A stretch of 64,000 nucleotides of DNA from a virus (taxonomy: Duplodnaviria; Caudoviricetes): positions 1,619 to 65,618 of IMG/VR virus record IMGVR_UViG_3300048436_000037. One strand, 5' to 3'. Positions 48,201 through 56,417 of the stretch are shown here, piece by piece (position 1 is the first letter of the stretch; every line of letters begins with the position of its first letter). The position numbers and the translations under genes are program-made. Under the pieces are notes generated by a model. The model had not been told where the DNA came from and did not search any database. It was given only the letters and a program-made list of their open reading frames with translations.

Positions 48201-50636
48201 GAGTTTGCTAAAAGAGCTGGTGAAATGGAGGCACAAGGTGCTGAGTGGGATTTTTCAGAGTTTAGTAAAGTTATGAAAGGTGCTAAAGGACCTTTACTTG
48301 ATGTTGCTAAATTTATAAATGATGCGAAAGGCGAGAGAGATGTATTTGTTTTAACAGCTAGACCAGCTGATGCCGCTGGCCCTATAAAAGAGTTTTTAGA
48401 CAGCATGGGTTTAAATATTCCATTAGAGAACATAACAGGTCTAGGTGATGGTACAGCTCAAGCAAAAGCTAGGTGGATGGTAGATAAAGCTGCTGAGGGT
48501 TATAATGATTTTTACTTTGCTGATGATGCTAGTAAAAATGTTAAAGCCGTTAAAGACGCTCTAAGTGTCTTAGATGTTAAATCTAAAGTGCAACAAGCTT
48601 ACGTTAAATTTAGTAAAGCTAGTAAACTAAGTAAAGACTTCAATGATATAATAGAAAGTGCTACTGGTATTGCTTCTGAAAAAATATATGGTAGTGCTAA
48701 AGCTCAAGTGGCTGGAGCTAGCAGAGGTAAAGTATTTAGAGGTATAGCTTATTCTGCTCAAGACTTTGTAGGTTTACTATATGAAACGTTAGGTAAAGGT
48801 AAAGTTGGTGATTCTCAAATGGCTTGGTATAAACAGAATTTACTAGATCCTTATGCTAGAGCTATGAACGATTTATCTTCAGCAAGACTTGCTATGATGA
48901 ACGATTATAGAGCATTGAAAAAGCAATTAGGTATTGTGCCTAAAAATCTACGTAAAAAAATACCTGGAGAACCTTGGACTAGAGAGCAAGCTGTTAGAGT
49001 TTATGTTTGGAATAAACAAGGAACTGAAGTACCTGGTATAAGTAAAAACGATTTAAGAGATTTAACTAAATATGTAGCCAAAGACGCTGAGCTACAGGTA
49101 TTTGCAGATCAATTAATAGCTATACAAAAAGGTGATATGTATGCAGAACCTGGAAAAAGCTGGGTATCTGGTAGTATATCCACTGATATGTTAAGAGGTT
49201 TAAACACTATAAAAAGAGCTAAATACCTAGAGCAATGGCAAGCAAATGTCGATGCTATATTCAGTAAAGAAAATAAAAATAAACTAGAGGCTGCTTATGG
49301 TATAAAGTATGTTAAAGCTTTAGAAAACAGTTTAGAGCGTATGAAGACCGGTAGAAATAGATCTTTCTCTGACGATAGTTTAACAGGTAGATTCACTGAT
49401 TGGCTACAAGGTAGTGTCGGTGCTATAATGTTCTTTAACACTAGATCTGCTGTACTTCAAACTTTATCTGCTGTCAACTTTGTTAACTTTACCGATAATA
49501 ATCCTTACGCTGCAGCTAAAGCTTTTGCTAATCAAAAACAGTATTGGAAAGACTTTACAACATTAATGAACTCAGACTTCTTAAAAGAGCGTAGATCTGG
49601 TTTACGTATGAATGTGAATGAAGCTGATATAGCAGATATGGCTAAACAAGAAGGACCAAGAGGTGTTATAAACAAACTATTACAATTAGGTTTTGCACCT
49701 ACTCAAATAGCAGATAGTTTTGCTATAGCATCTGGAGGAGCTACCTTTTATAGAAATAGAATAAAGACCTATACTAAACAAGGTTTAGATCAGGCTCAAG
49801 CAGAGGAGAAAGCTTTTCAAGATTTTAGAGAGAATGCTGAAGAGTCTCAACAGTCTTCTAGACCAGATAAGATATCAGCGCAACAAGCTGGACCATTAGG
49901 TAGATTAATATTAGCGTTTGCTAATACACCTGCTCAGTATGCTAGACTTACTGATAAAGCAATACGTGATCTTAAAAATGGTAGAGGTGATGCTAAGACT
50001 AATATAAGTAAAATAATATACTACACTACAGTTCAAAATATTATATTTAATGCTGTTCAACAGGCTTTATTTGCTATGGCATTTGGTGATGAAGAACCTG
50101 AAGACGAAAAGAAACAAAAAAAGTATATTGGTATTGCCAATGGTATGGCTGACTCATTACTAAGAGGCACAGGTATTGCGGGATCTGTTATATCTGTAGG
50201 TAAAAATGCTGTTATAAGAATAATCAACGAGTCTGAAAAGAAAAGGCCTAAGTATGAAAAAGTTGGATATGAGCTAACTAAAATATCTCCACCTGTATCA
50301 GCTAAGTTATCTCGTATAAATCAAGCTGCTAGAGCTTACGAGTGGAATAAAGAAGAGATGATTACAAAAGGTTTTAGCTTAGATAATCCAGCATTTTTAG
50401 CTGGTGGTAATGTAGTATCTGCTCTTACAAATATACCTTTAGATAGGGTTGTGAAAAAAGTAAACAACGTAACTAAAGCAACAGAAAGTGATATGGAGCT
50501 GTGGGAAAGAGTAGCATTGTTTGCTGGTTGGCAAGACTGGGAATTAGGTATAAAAGATGAAAGTAAAAGCATAAAAAAGAAAAAAACTAAAAGTAAGAAA
50601 AAACGATCCGGAGGAATAACATTTGATGAATTTTAA
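42219..50636 (+). CDS. giant internal virion/polyvalent protein with HAD-like domain
   Basis: 2805 aa; VFDFDDTL...VLTAR...K...YFADD HAD motifs at about 48100-48560. Confidence 0.75.
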   Translation: MYTYEGVSYTINQIQEAAKKSNMSVDDYVKKIKADTKTEPTKEVESAGLLDSTTFQTDAATGAGVVSQPMTASQAGYVEVGDTGSPLEDTSSELQDPDPDKPLSASEKRIATRKKREQEKQDRLKAEAISAENVINDRIKNIPKEDIIAIQASDYFGPIKGRNDRTTVSRTMIGQMGPTVSFEPTFKSDEGYTKYLKQTLGNKYNQYLDYKETNEIIPLNANNESQLKNIYNEAETKAKDKVYNNSLFNVPENVQEYMVASPKFASGAESIEAQKFLVKGQEETLRKNIESYEKAKKEWESQALPLNQEVKNLKTQIDRFKFYTAGASQEQADQYNELIQTYNAKIQQWEEKGFNELPAFLNSQYKLVNSQQKDYSKMREDSRRALIDYDLFEKNLKQDYSASARVGRVFDEFFVQSGRNFIDLYAELYLKGARKIGEFYKPLSFLTSPENSAKVDSLIETIQKNNKNYNLGMASKRENIPTSPSIDDIGKDGLSIWDWTSIALQDNSATIATTFIPTGAAIKGAAGISKAVKASKGMKEALQKQKALWLAGKRTVQGTFFVAETGGKYGELQTDEASREQEIKFLYSKLNNTEDINEKTEIYNKINELEEVENYSLLQKAFTSYSAGATATFLESISTLKMLEPAKGLSKQIGINAAKKELYKQPVRFSANLLGKTAAGLKSLPKNLTGEVLEEVTTEVSHNALDILVLGENKSMFEGINKDFLASTAMSSFGIMAPRSAGNIFNIVKSEFRTKNEIFKNQELSRELIDLNESTTPENSKQLRVRKKEILKELALSDAISLHKLRYMTSDQIEEVADINRQIRQVNSKFTQLGGLGDLGEAENKRVKKQLEKEYFNLTTARQEILDAKQRSNTKKAANINKALGNAARNSEAAFYYGVNNFYNDLTMTQMGDGEFVSIKGEIQDDGKIKYDDLDNQLAKYKNKNIKNEEGESVDAFEYLKTKIEQGDFNATTIGKDIIVNQPIIDRNIAIAPTDTSAQYAAVAPLEELFHLSISEKGIKFDSTAKNAVLEAEKVLKEKRDLGVISEKDYNGLKERFDLYRDGKDFDAEEFIAQMNNAISLGAINRSDLESTPSFKKFLNNAIRSTFGDMSWMLSLETSDDVFNLVKNFQTDVSKGVTFQAPETDELKESRVLSPKAEFLRDELTNEELVASIKSKATEDTFSVAQAIVEKNFGLIRDSNVLTFDKSNPAQINAVKEILEEQILGVFEGSGRGKYSARRTGLFNAYESTKEDGASPSTYLLGVIKTRKPEIDIALKERTIKSEGDSIDSDQAKQVVDKSTKTSATVDKLAKKPTETTKFKSNYISPEFKESLDTSKSEKEAIEDKISSTVKESFKDRKVSRFKETGKIPQKLAQLYADMFGIKTTSALIEKQRNLQKLDQEGAVRARQFLIDNAASDFARLPRSKDDTGKATGILQTKIGKVLYNKAGELIGSLKTYTDIIKGKNITLEGYDGKQYEFNQLDSEGNKKPIYRDAQHIKAALDFHIRNRALETLIPEQGKRIQAGAKFSKAQLLNVTQSRNINQVLKLLGIDSASVPDNMRAEIQASFENAIREYKLTENVFLAGAFAFSGAKYKRKANGNVYYELTNGEEMMGIPRTDSEGNVKVNKNNKKLFNQPTAEQVEAKFGKGVKLLAGRGRLYYGVTDPAYKKALSEARKNSEGKQENKAKRVNVNAVNTDKGVAQAKINMEVLDDVVRQLDKAVKSGMPKELAAMVIAQGYQATTGLIKIAAPFRYFSKNQQYGTSAKQKTGDKFREEHNPPASVVGASIIYGLVTNNTNKIMADVKKNYYQTKLSKLDDQKLDEAKLDATLPVGTTIADNPAIRFIEAGIDLNSIVNYETGETMAEELGVSLSSSDINLDNIAEQNKVLKDLILDKGEYKNPQNYLNNFVKLSSKTRASKINNNKTPLNVKFSKNVTNQEALDNLGNIDKALSIARNADAPVKKIRVFDFDDTLATTKSNVLYTMPDGKTGSLTATEFAKRAGEMEAQGAEWDFSEFSKVMKGAKGPLLDVAKFINDAKGERDVFVLTARPADAAGPIKEFLDSMGLNIPLENITGLGDGTAQAKARWMVDKAAEGYNDFYFADDASKNVKAVKDALSVLDVKSKVQQAYVKFSKASKLSKDFNDIIESATGIASEKIYGSAKAQVAGASRGKVFRGIAYSAQDFVGLLYETLGKGKVGDSQMAWYKQNLLDPYARAMNDLSSARLAMMNDYRALKKQLGIVPKNLRKKIPGEPWTREQAVRVYVWNKQGTEVPGISKNDLRDLTKYVAKDAELQVFADQLIAIQKGDMYAEPGKSWVSGSISTDMLRGLNTIKRAKYLEQWQANVDAIFSKENKNKLEAAYGIKYVKALENSLERMKTGRNRSFSDDSLTGRFTDWLQGSVGAIMFFNTRSAVLQTLSAVNFVNFTDNNPYAAAKAFANQKQYWKDFTTLMNSDFLKERRSGLRMNVNEADIADMAKQEGPRGVINKLLQLGFAPTQIADSFAIASGGATFYRNRIKTYTKQGLDQAQAEEKAFQDFRENAEESQQSSRPDKISAQQAGPLGRLILAFANTPAQYARLTDKAIRDLKNGRGDAKTNISKIIYYTTVQNIIFNAVQQALFAMAFGDEEPEDEKKQKKYIGIANGMADSLLRGTGIAGSVISVGKNAVIRIINESEKKRPKYEKVGYELTKISPPVSAKLSRINQAARAYEWNKEEMITKGFSLDNPAFLAGGNVVSALTNIPLDRVVKKVNNVTKATESDMELWERVALFAGWQDWELGIKDESKSIKKKKTKSKKKRSGGITFDEF

Positions 50637-50645
50637 AAATATATT

Positions 50646-50804
50646 ATGAAACAAGAATCACCATTATTAGGAAAAATAAGTGCAGCTTGTAAATCTGCAG
50701 CAAAAAGAAAATTTAAAGTATGGCCATCAGCATATGCTTCAGGTTGGGGAGTAAGATGTACTAAAGCTGGAGGACCAGGTAAAATTGGTAAAAAGAAAAA
50801 GTAA
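50646..50804 (+). CDS. small basic protein with WPSAYASG motif (52 aa, absent from ORF track)
   Basis: MKQESPLLGKISAACKSAAKRKFKVWPSAYASGWGVRCTKAGG...; TAATG-coupled to 50804. Confidence 0.7.
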   Translation: MKQESPLLGKISAACKSAAKRKFKVWPSAYASGWGVRCTKAGGPGKIGKKKK

Positions 50805-51079
50805 TGTATACACAAAACTCTCCATTTAGCAAGAAAGGAAAAGTAAAAGGTGGTGGTACTAAAAAAGTATGTCTACCAGCTGCCAAAGTAAGATCAATGA
50901 GTAAGGCAGAAAAAGATAAAGTTGTAGCTGCTAAAAGATCTGCTGCATCTAAAGGTAAGTATAAAAGATCAAGTAAGTCAAACGTAAAAGGAGCTAGAAA
51001 AAAGGGAGCTACTCTACGTGATTGGTTTGAAAAAGAAAATTGGATAAACGTACAAACAGGAGAAGCATGCGGAAAATAA
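50804..51079 (+). CDS. small basic Cys-containing protein
   Basis: CLPAAK..MS...LRDWFEKENWINVQTGEACG. Confidence 0.7.
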   Translation: MYTQNSPFSKKGKVKGGGTKKVCLPAAKVRSMSKAEKDKVVAAKRSAASKGKYKRSSKSNVKGARKKGATLRDWFEKENWINVQTGEACGK

Positions 51080-51148
51080 TTGACAAAATACAATCAGCTT
51101 GGAATAAGTTGCTTTATAAACTAATGTTCAAAAAGTATAAATAAAACT

Positions 51149-51427
51149 ATGACTAATATATCAGAAAACACTAAAGTTACTTTAGACTTAAAAACTATAA
51201 GTATAATACTGGTTGGAGCAGTGTCTTTGGCTTCAGTGTATTTTACCCTTCAATCAGATATACAAATTGCAAAAGAATTACCTAAACCAACTATAGACAG
51301 GACAGAGTATGATTTAAAGGATCAATTAATTCGTGAGACTATAATGAACATGAACGAGAAGGTTGATAAAAACAGTAAAAAATTAGATAAAATAGATGAA
51401 AAACTATTCGAAATAATAAATAAATAA
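51149..51427 (+). CDS. single-TM coiled-coil protein (lysis accessory?)
   Basis: IILVGAVSLASVYF TM then coiled coil. Confidence 0.6.
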   Translation: MTNISENTKVTLDLKTISIILVGAVSLASVYFTLQSDIQIAKELPKPTIDRTEYDLKDQLIRETIMNMNEKVDKNSKKLDKIDEKLFEIINK

Positions 51428-51429
51428 CC

Positions 51430-51750
51430 ATGAAAAATATTTTAATTTTAATTATACTTTTATTTTCTTTAAACTCGTTTTCGCAAGAACCAACATTGCT
51501 TTACATGAACTCAAGCTGGAACGACAAAAACGATTACAAGTATTTAAGCTCAATAAAAAATGTTAAAATCTTGAGAGTTGATTATGACTCGCAACCTAAG
51601 AAGTTTAAAGATAAAATAAAATCTGTACCAGCAATAATACTGTTTGATAAAAATAAAAAATTAAAAAAAATATGGCAAGCTGGAATATCAATGAAGTTAA
51701 TTGTTGATCCAAAAGAAGTTCAGCTAGTGGTAAACAGTTTAATTAAATAG
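51430..51750 (+). CDS. secreted thioredoxin-like fold protein lacking CxxC
   Basis: Signal peptide MKNILILIILLFSLNSFS-Q; NSSWN and IKSVPAIILF. Confidence 0.55.
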   Translation: MKNILILIILLFSLNSFSQEPTLLYMNSSWNDKNDYKYLSSIKNVKILRVDYDSQPKKFKDKIKSVPAIILFDKNKKLKKIWQAGISMKLIVDPKEVQLVVNSLIK

Positions 51751-51793
51751 GAACAAATATAATGGGCGTACCATACCCAACGTTCCTGTAACC

Positions 51794-51826
51794 AAGAAAG
51801 GGCCCTCATATCGAGAGCCCTTTTTT
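51794..51826. terminator. bidirectional terminator between convergent blocks
   Basis: AAGAAAGGGCCCTC atatc GAGAGCCCTTTTTT. Confidence 0.75.
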
Positions 51827-51845
51827 AATTACGTGTATAGCATAA

Positions 51846-53564
51846 TTATCCGTCACATGCTAGACAATCTTCACTCATAGCTTGCTGAGCTATATCACCA
51901 CGTAAAACAGATTCTGTTCTAGTGTAGTATAAAGTTTTAACACCTTTTTTCCAAGCATCAAAATGAACTTTGTTTAACCACTTAGGTGTAGCTTCAGATG
52001 GAAAAGCCAAGTTTAAACTAACTGACTGATCTATATACTGTTGCCTTATACCAGCTTGATTAACTAGCTCTAGTTGATTAATCTCTTTAAAAGTTTTAAA
52101 AACTTCTTTAACTGGAACGTCATGGCCCATAGTGATATTATCCAAAGCATCGATATCCTGTATGCTACCTCCGTCAGCCAATATTTTATCCCACGTTTCA
52201 TTTGTATTTAGTTTGTGTTTCTTTAATAGTTTAACTAACGTTGGGTTTTTCCTAATGAAAGTCCCTTTCGCACTTTGCTCCGTAAAAACATTCGCAGCCC
52301 ACGGCTCAATACCTGGAGAAACATTGCCACTGAGCTTGCTATTAGAAACAGTAGGAGCAATAGCACGGAGATGAGTATTACGCATACCGGTACCAACACA
52401 CCATAAAGGCTCTCCGTAAATTTCAGCCAAATCTCTCGAGGCTCTTTCACTTTCGATTTTAATTTGAGAAAATATTTTCCTAGTCTCAAACTGAGCAAGT
52501 AAACCTTCAAAAGGAATACCTTTTTCTTGGAGATACGTGTGCCATCCAAGGACACCCAACCCAAGCGCTCTTCCTTTTTGAGCAGAACGAACGGCATTTT
52601 CAAAACCTCTAAGTCCTTTTGCTCTTTGAATAAATTCCTCCATAACCCCATCAAGAAACCACGTGGCGTGGTATATAAGGTTAGTGTCTTTCCACTCTTC
52701 ATATTTAGCTAAATTTAATGATGACAAACAGCAAACAAAGCTGTGATTCTCATCTGTTGTTAATGTTATTTCAGAACATATATTAGTCATATGTACTTTT
52801 AATCCGTTGTCTTTATATGCTGCTGGATTTGCTTTGTTAACATTTCCTTTAAACATAATATACGGTTCTCCAGTTGCTTTTCGTTTTCTAAGTAATTTAC
52901 TCCATCTAGATCTTGCATCCTTATCTCCTTGTTCAAGCTTACGCATAAACTTGTCACCAACAACTGCGCACTGATGTAGATTAAGCGATTGTCTATTAAC
53001 ATCTCCTTTAGGTTCCCTGATCTCAAGCCACTCCTCGAAGTCATCATGTTCAATGTTGATATTAACTGAGGCAGCTCCACGACGGACACTCCCTTGATTA
53101 GTTGCAAGAATTGTTGAGTCATATATCTTGCAGAAAGGTACGACTCCGTCTGATGTTCCATTACCTGTTATTCTAGCGCCAGCGGGTCTAATTTGATTTA
53201 CACCAATGCCAACTCCACCGCCGTGCTTAGCGAGTAGCATCATCTCTAAATTTTTCTGTCCTATGTCTTGGATGCTGTCAGCAACGTCGATACCAAAGCA
53301 ACTAATAGGAAGGCCCCTATCTGTACCAGTATTGGAAAGCACTGGAGAAGCAAGGCAAAGCCAACCATTCCAAATATAATTAAAAAACGTTTCAGCCATC
53401 TCCGGTTTATATAACCTACGAGCAACTGTTTTAGCGACTCTTTGGTATGCTTCTCTAGGCGTTTCTCCGTCAAGTAAATATCCCCCGGATATTGTCTTCT
53501 TGTATACGTCCGTATTACCCCACGCAGGATAGTCCTCTCCTTTTTTCCATTCATTATTCCACAT
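51846..53564 (-). CDS. nrdA: ribonucleotide reductase class I alpha subunit (no ATP cone)
   Basis: Start MWNNEW at 53564; PISCF, GGGVG, TNICSEI, AIAPT, DQSVSLN, KTLYY, CLACDG. Confidence 0.95.
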   Translation of the reverse strand: MWNNEWKKGEDYPAWGNTDVYKKTISGGYLLDGETPREAYQRVAKTVARRLYKPEMAETFFNYIWNGWLCLASPVLSNTGTDRGLPISCFGIDVADSIQDIGQKNLEMMLLAKHGGGVGIGVNQIRPAGARITGNGTSDGVVPFCKIYDSTILATNQGSVRRGAASVNINIEHDDFEEWLEIREPKGDVNRQSLNLHQCAVVGDKFMRKLEQGDKDARSRWSKLLRKRKATGEPYIMFKGNVNKANPAAYKDNGLKVHMTNICSEITLTTDENHSFVCCLSSLNLAKYEEWKDTNLIYHATWFLDGVMEEFIQRAKGLRGFENAVRSAQKGRALGLGVLGWHTYLQEKGIPFEGLLAQFETRKIFSQIKIESERASRDLAEIYGEPLWCVGTGMRNTHLRAIAPTVSNSKLSGNVSPGIEPWAANVFTEQSAKGTFIRKNPTLVKLLKKHKLNTNETWDKILADGGSIQDIDALDNITMGHDVPVKEVFKTFKEINQLELVNQAGIRQQYIDQSVSLNLAFPSEATPKWLNKVHFDAWKKGVKTLYYTRTESVLRGDIAQQAMSEDCLACDG

Positions 53565-53830
53565 TATGTTATTAAATGTATTAACCAGGCAATAAGCCCA
53601 TTTATATTTAAAGCTACTAGATTCCATTGTTTTCTAGAGCTTGTTTGTATTACTACTAATATAAAACCTATTATATAAAGTTTAGGTTCTATAGTCCATT
53701 GGGCAGCGATCAAAAAACCACTGCCCATATAGCCTGCCCTAGTTGCTAGTCTCTTCCAAGGAGTTAGTCGCTTCTGCCTCACTAACTTGCTTAGCAGCTT
53801 GTTCCTTAACTCTTTCGATTGCTTTATCAT
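53564..53830 (-). CDS. small membrane protein
   Basis: 2-3 hydrophobic segments; start uncertain. Confidence 0.5.
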   Translation of the reverse strand: MIKQSKELRNKLLSKLVRQKRLTPWKRLATRAGYMGSGFLIAAQWTIEPKLYIIGFILVVIQTSSRKQWNLVALNINGLIAWLIHLIT

Positions 53831-53969
53831 ATCCAGGCATGTGTTTAATTGTTTCTAATACACCCAAAGCTATTGTAGCTGTTTGGTTTATTTCTCCTAT
53901 CATTTTTTGATTGATCAAACCTAAGGTTTCAATCTTGTTTTTCATTTCAATCAGTATCTGTTCTTTCAT
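53739..53969 (-). CDS. hypothetical protein
   Basis: 76-aa ORF. Confidence 0.65.
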   Translation of the reverse strand: MKEQILIEMKNKIETLGLINQKMIGEINQTATIALGVLETIKHMPGYDKAIERVKEQAAKQVSEAEATNSLEETSN

Positions 53970-54007
53970 ATAATTGTTCTATAATTTCATTGTTATTTAT
54001 TATTTCT

Positions 54008-54976
54008 TTACCACATATCGTCGAAGTCTTCTCCTTCGTTAGCTTTTGAATAATCTGTCGGCCTAATAGCAAAGAAATCAGTATGAGTGACGCCCCCGGT
54101 AAGATGGTAAAACCAATTAAGATTACTCGCTGCTTTGGTGTCATACGCAAAATAGTTACCCAAGTCGACGTAGCCAAGTTCCACAAGTTTTTCATTTGCT
54201 CTCTTTTTTATAAAGTGTTTAAGATCATTAGATGATATACCTTCTATATCACCCATTTCAAACATCTTGTCTATATATTTAACTTCAAGATTAACCATTG
54301 TTTCAGCAGCTTTAATTATGTCTTCTCGACATAAACTAAGTAGTTGATTATCCTCTTCACACATGTGGCGGAATAATTGACAACCCATTTTACTGTGCAA
54401 TGATTCATCTCTTACTGACCATTTCATTTGTTGTCCAATACCTTTTAGTAAATTCCTTAATTGAAAAGAATATAGTACAGCAAAAGCAGAATAAAGGCTA
54501 ACCCCTTCAGCGAAAGCAGAAAAAACAGCAAGAGACTTACCAATATTAACTGAACTTTTTCCTTCATAAGCAATAAGATTATCGAATCTTTCAGCTGTAG
54601 CAGGTTCGTGTAAAAACGCTTCATAATCTTCTAGTTTTAATGTTTCATTTAGATAGCTATAAGCAACTGCGTGTACAGTTTCTTGTGATCCAAACATCAT
54701 TGCCATTTGCTGGATTTCGTGTTTAGGAAACCATTTAACAACTTTTTGAGTCCAATAGTCGGACACGGCGCATTCTGTCTGAGCAAACCCAAGTAAAATG
54801 TTTCCGACGAGGTTTTTTTCTTTTTCATTTAGTTTTTCTTTCCAATCTTTAATATCACTTTGCATTGAGATTTCAGTGTGTAACCAAAATGCTTGTGCTT
54901 GCTTTAACCAACCCTCAGTGTAGTACTCAGGATATTCAAATGGCTTATACGCTACGCGCTCATCAAACAATCCCAC
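54008..54976 (-). CDS. nrdB: ribonucleotide reductase class I beta subunit
   Basis: KPFEYP, ETVHAVAYS, EGVSLYSAF, RDESLH, DFFA. Confidence 0.95.
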   Translation of the reverse strand: MGLFDERVAYKPFEYPEYYTEGWLKQAQAFWLHTEISMQSDIKDWKEKLNEKEKNLVGNILLGFAQTECAVSDYWTQKVVKWFPKHEIQQMAMMFGSQETVHAVAYSYLNETLKLEDYEAFLHEPATAERFDNLIAYEGKSSVNIGKSLAVFSAFAEGVSLYSAFAVLYSFQLRNLLKGIGQQMKWSVRDESLHSKMGCQLFRHMCEEDNQLLSLCREDIIKAAETMVNLEVKYIDKMFEMGDIEGISSNDLKHFIKKRANEKLVELGYVDLGNYFAYDTKAASNLNWFYHLTGGVTHTDFFAIRPTDYSKANEGEDFDDMW

Positions 54977-55329
54977 TATAATGTTACTTCATTTATTTTT
55001 TTAACAACTATAGAATCAAATAAATCTACAGGTATGTCAAACTGTTTAGCGGCTATTAGATTAATTGATTGATCACCATTAACTTCAATCCATCCTTCCT
55101 TGTAAAACTTAGATGATATTATTTCGTTTTTTTCGTTTCTTTTTACAGTAAATACTACTATCTTATGTTGTCTGTTCATTGTTGGTTTTGTTAAATTTAT
55201 TAATTGTTCGTTGCTTAACTCTTTGTTTATATATGAATAATCTATCCAAGGAGAAGTTGATTCTCTTGTGTATGTAAAATCACCTTCTGTTTTAATGTAA
55301 TTAGTTTGGTGTGGTGTGTAAAAATCCAT
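54976..55329 (-). CDS. hypothetical protein
   Basis: 117-aa ORF coupled to nrdB. Confidence 0.6.
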   Translation of the reverse strand: MDFYTPHQTNYIKTEGDFTYTRESTSPWIDYSYINKELSNEQLINLTKPTMNRQHKIVVFTVKRNEKNEIISSKFYKEGWIEVNGDQSINLIAAKQFDIPVDLFDSIVVKKINEVTL

Positions 55330-55607
55330 ATTATTTATATACTGTTAATGCTAAGTCTATAAATGGTAGATAAAGTACGTGTATATCTCTATCTATATCT
55401 TTATATGATCTAAACCCTATTAATATTCCAGTGTAAAAACCTATCTCTAAAGACCAGGCTGATTCGTTTTCATTTTCTTTCATGTGCAGATTATGTTATA
55501 TCTTTTGTGTAATTGTTCTATATCTATTGATCTTACTTTGCCTTTAGTTTCCCAACTCCATTTAACAAACTTATCAATTTTTCTTTCAGCATACTTTTGT
55601 CTAGCTA

Positions 55608-56063
55608 TTATTTTCTTTTGGAAAGGATTAGCTGTATTGTTCTGTCGCATTCTTTTTGATTTTGAGGTTTGTACAGTGTAACTGTAGGAAACTGATTCAT
55701 CACTAATCTTTTAAATAACTTCCAACGCATTGGAAACGATTCATTAGCTCTACCTTTGGTTTCAATTATAAAATCATCACCTATGAAATCTGGTGTATAT
55801 TTTATAGGTAAGATACGTTTGCATCCTCTATTTTTATACTCACCTTTTCCATTAGATTGTCTTTCATATACTTCGTTTTCAAAATGAAAACCACTTAATA
55901 GTACAAAAGTCTCTCCTTCGTACTTGGCTTTTATTTTTGCTTTTTTTAACGCCATATACATATAACGTTCTAAGCCCGAAGCAAAGTTGATCCCATCATA
56001 AGTAACTTTTTTACTTACGACAGGACCTCTTTTCTTTTTAAAAGGTCTTTTCCTTTTTATCAT
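55608..56063 (-). CDS. T7 endonuclease I-like / DUF1064 PD-(D/E)xK nuclease
   Basis: FASGLE...YE...YTPDF...IIETKG. Confidence 0.8.
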   Translation of the reverse strand: MIKRKRPFKKKRGPVVSKKVTYDGINFASGLERYMYMALKKAKIKAKYEGETFVLLSGFHFENEVYERQSNGKGEYKNRGCKRILPIKYTPDFIGDDFIIETKGRANESFPMRWKLFKRLVMNQFPTVTLYKPQNQKECDRTIQLILSKRK

Positions 56064-56416
56064 TTCTTACCTGTAACTAATTCATAGTTAACATCAAGGT
56101 CACTTAAACTGTCGTAATGTAAGCCATCATTTCCGTTTTGACCTATAATGTTCATTCTTTTTTCATCTTCATAAGCATAATGCTTCAACATAAGATCTTC
56201 CACTTCATCTGACAAACAGCGTTTAGCTGATTCTATATATAATAAAGCATCCATCAATTCTTCTTGAACATCAACTAAAAATCTGTTTAGATCTTTTTTC
56301 TGACCCTCTATCTCTTGCATCATTGTAGCTCCGTACTTTTTTTGACCTACCAAACTACGTTCGTCCATCTTTTTAAGTACCTTTAATACTATCTCGTCCT
56401 TTGTTTTTATTTCCAT
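56060..56416 (-). CDS. MazG-superfamily-like small protein
   Basis: RS.VG.KKYG.TM...QEELMDALLY; start 56416. Confidence 0.55.
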   Translation of the reverse strand: MEIKTKDEIVLKVLKKMDERSLVGQKKYGATMMQEIEGQKKDLNRFLVDVQEELMDALLYIESAKRCLSDEVEDLMLKHYAYEDEKRMNIIGQNGNDGLHYDSLSDLDVNYELVTGKK

Positions 56417-56417
56417 A

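Noticed and set aside
42219-50636. crAss-like virion RNA polymerase
   Set aside because: No DxDxD catalytic motif in an RNAP context recognised; FDFDDT belongs to a HAD domain
8761-51750. Stop-codon recoding as in some crAss-like phages
   Set aside because: Genes are intact in code 11; TAG ends the portal and 33452..34678, and TGA ends 24080..24349 and others
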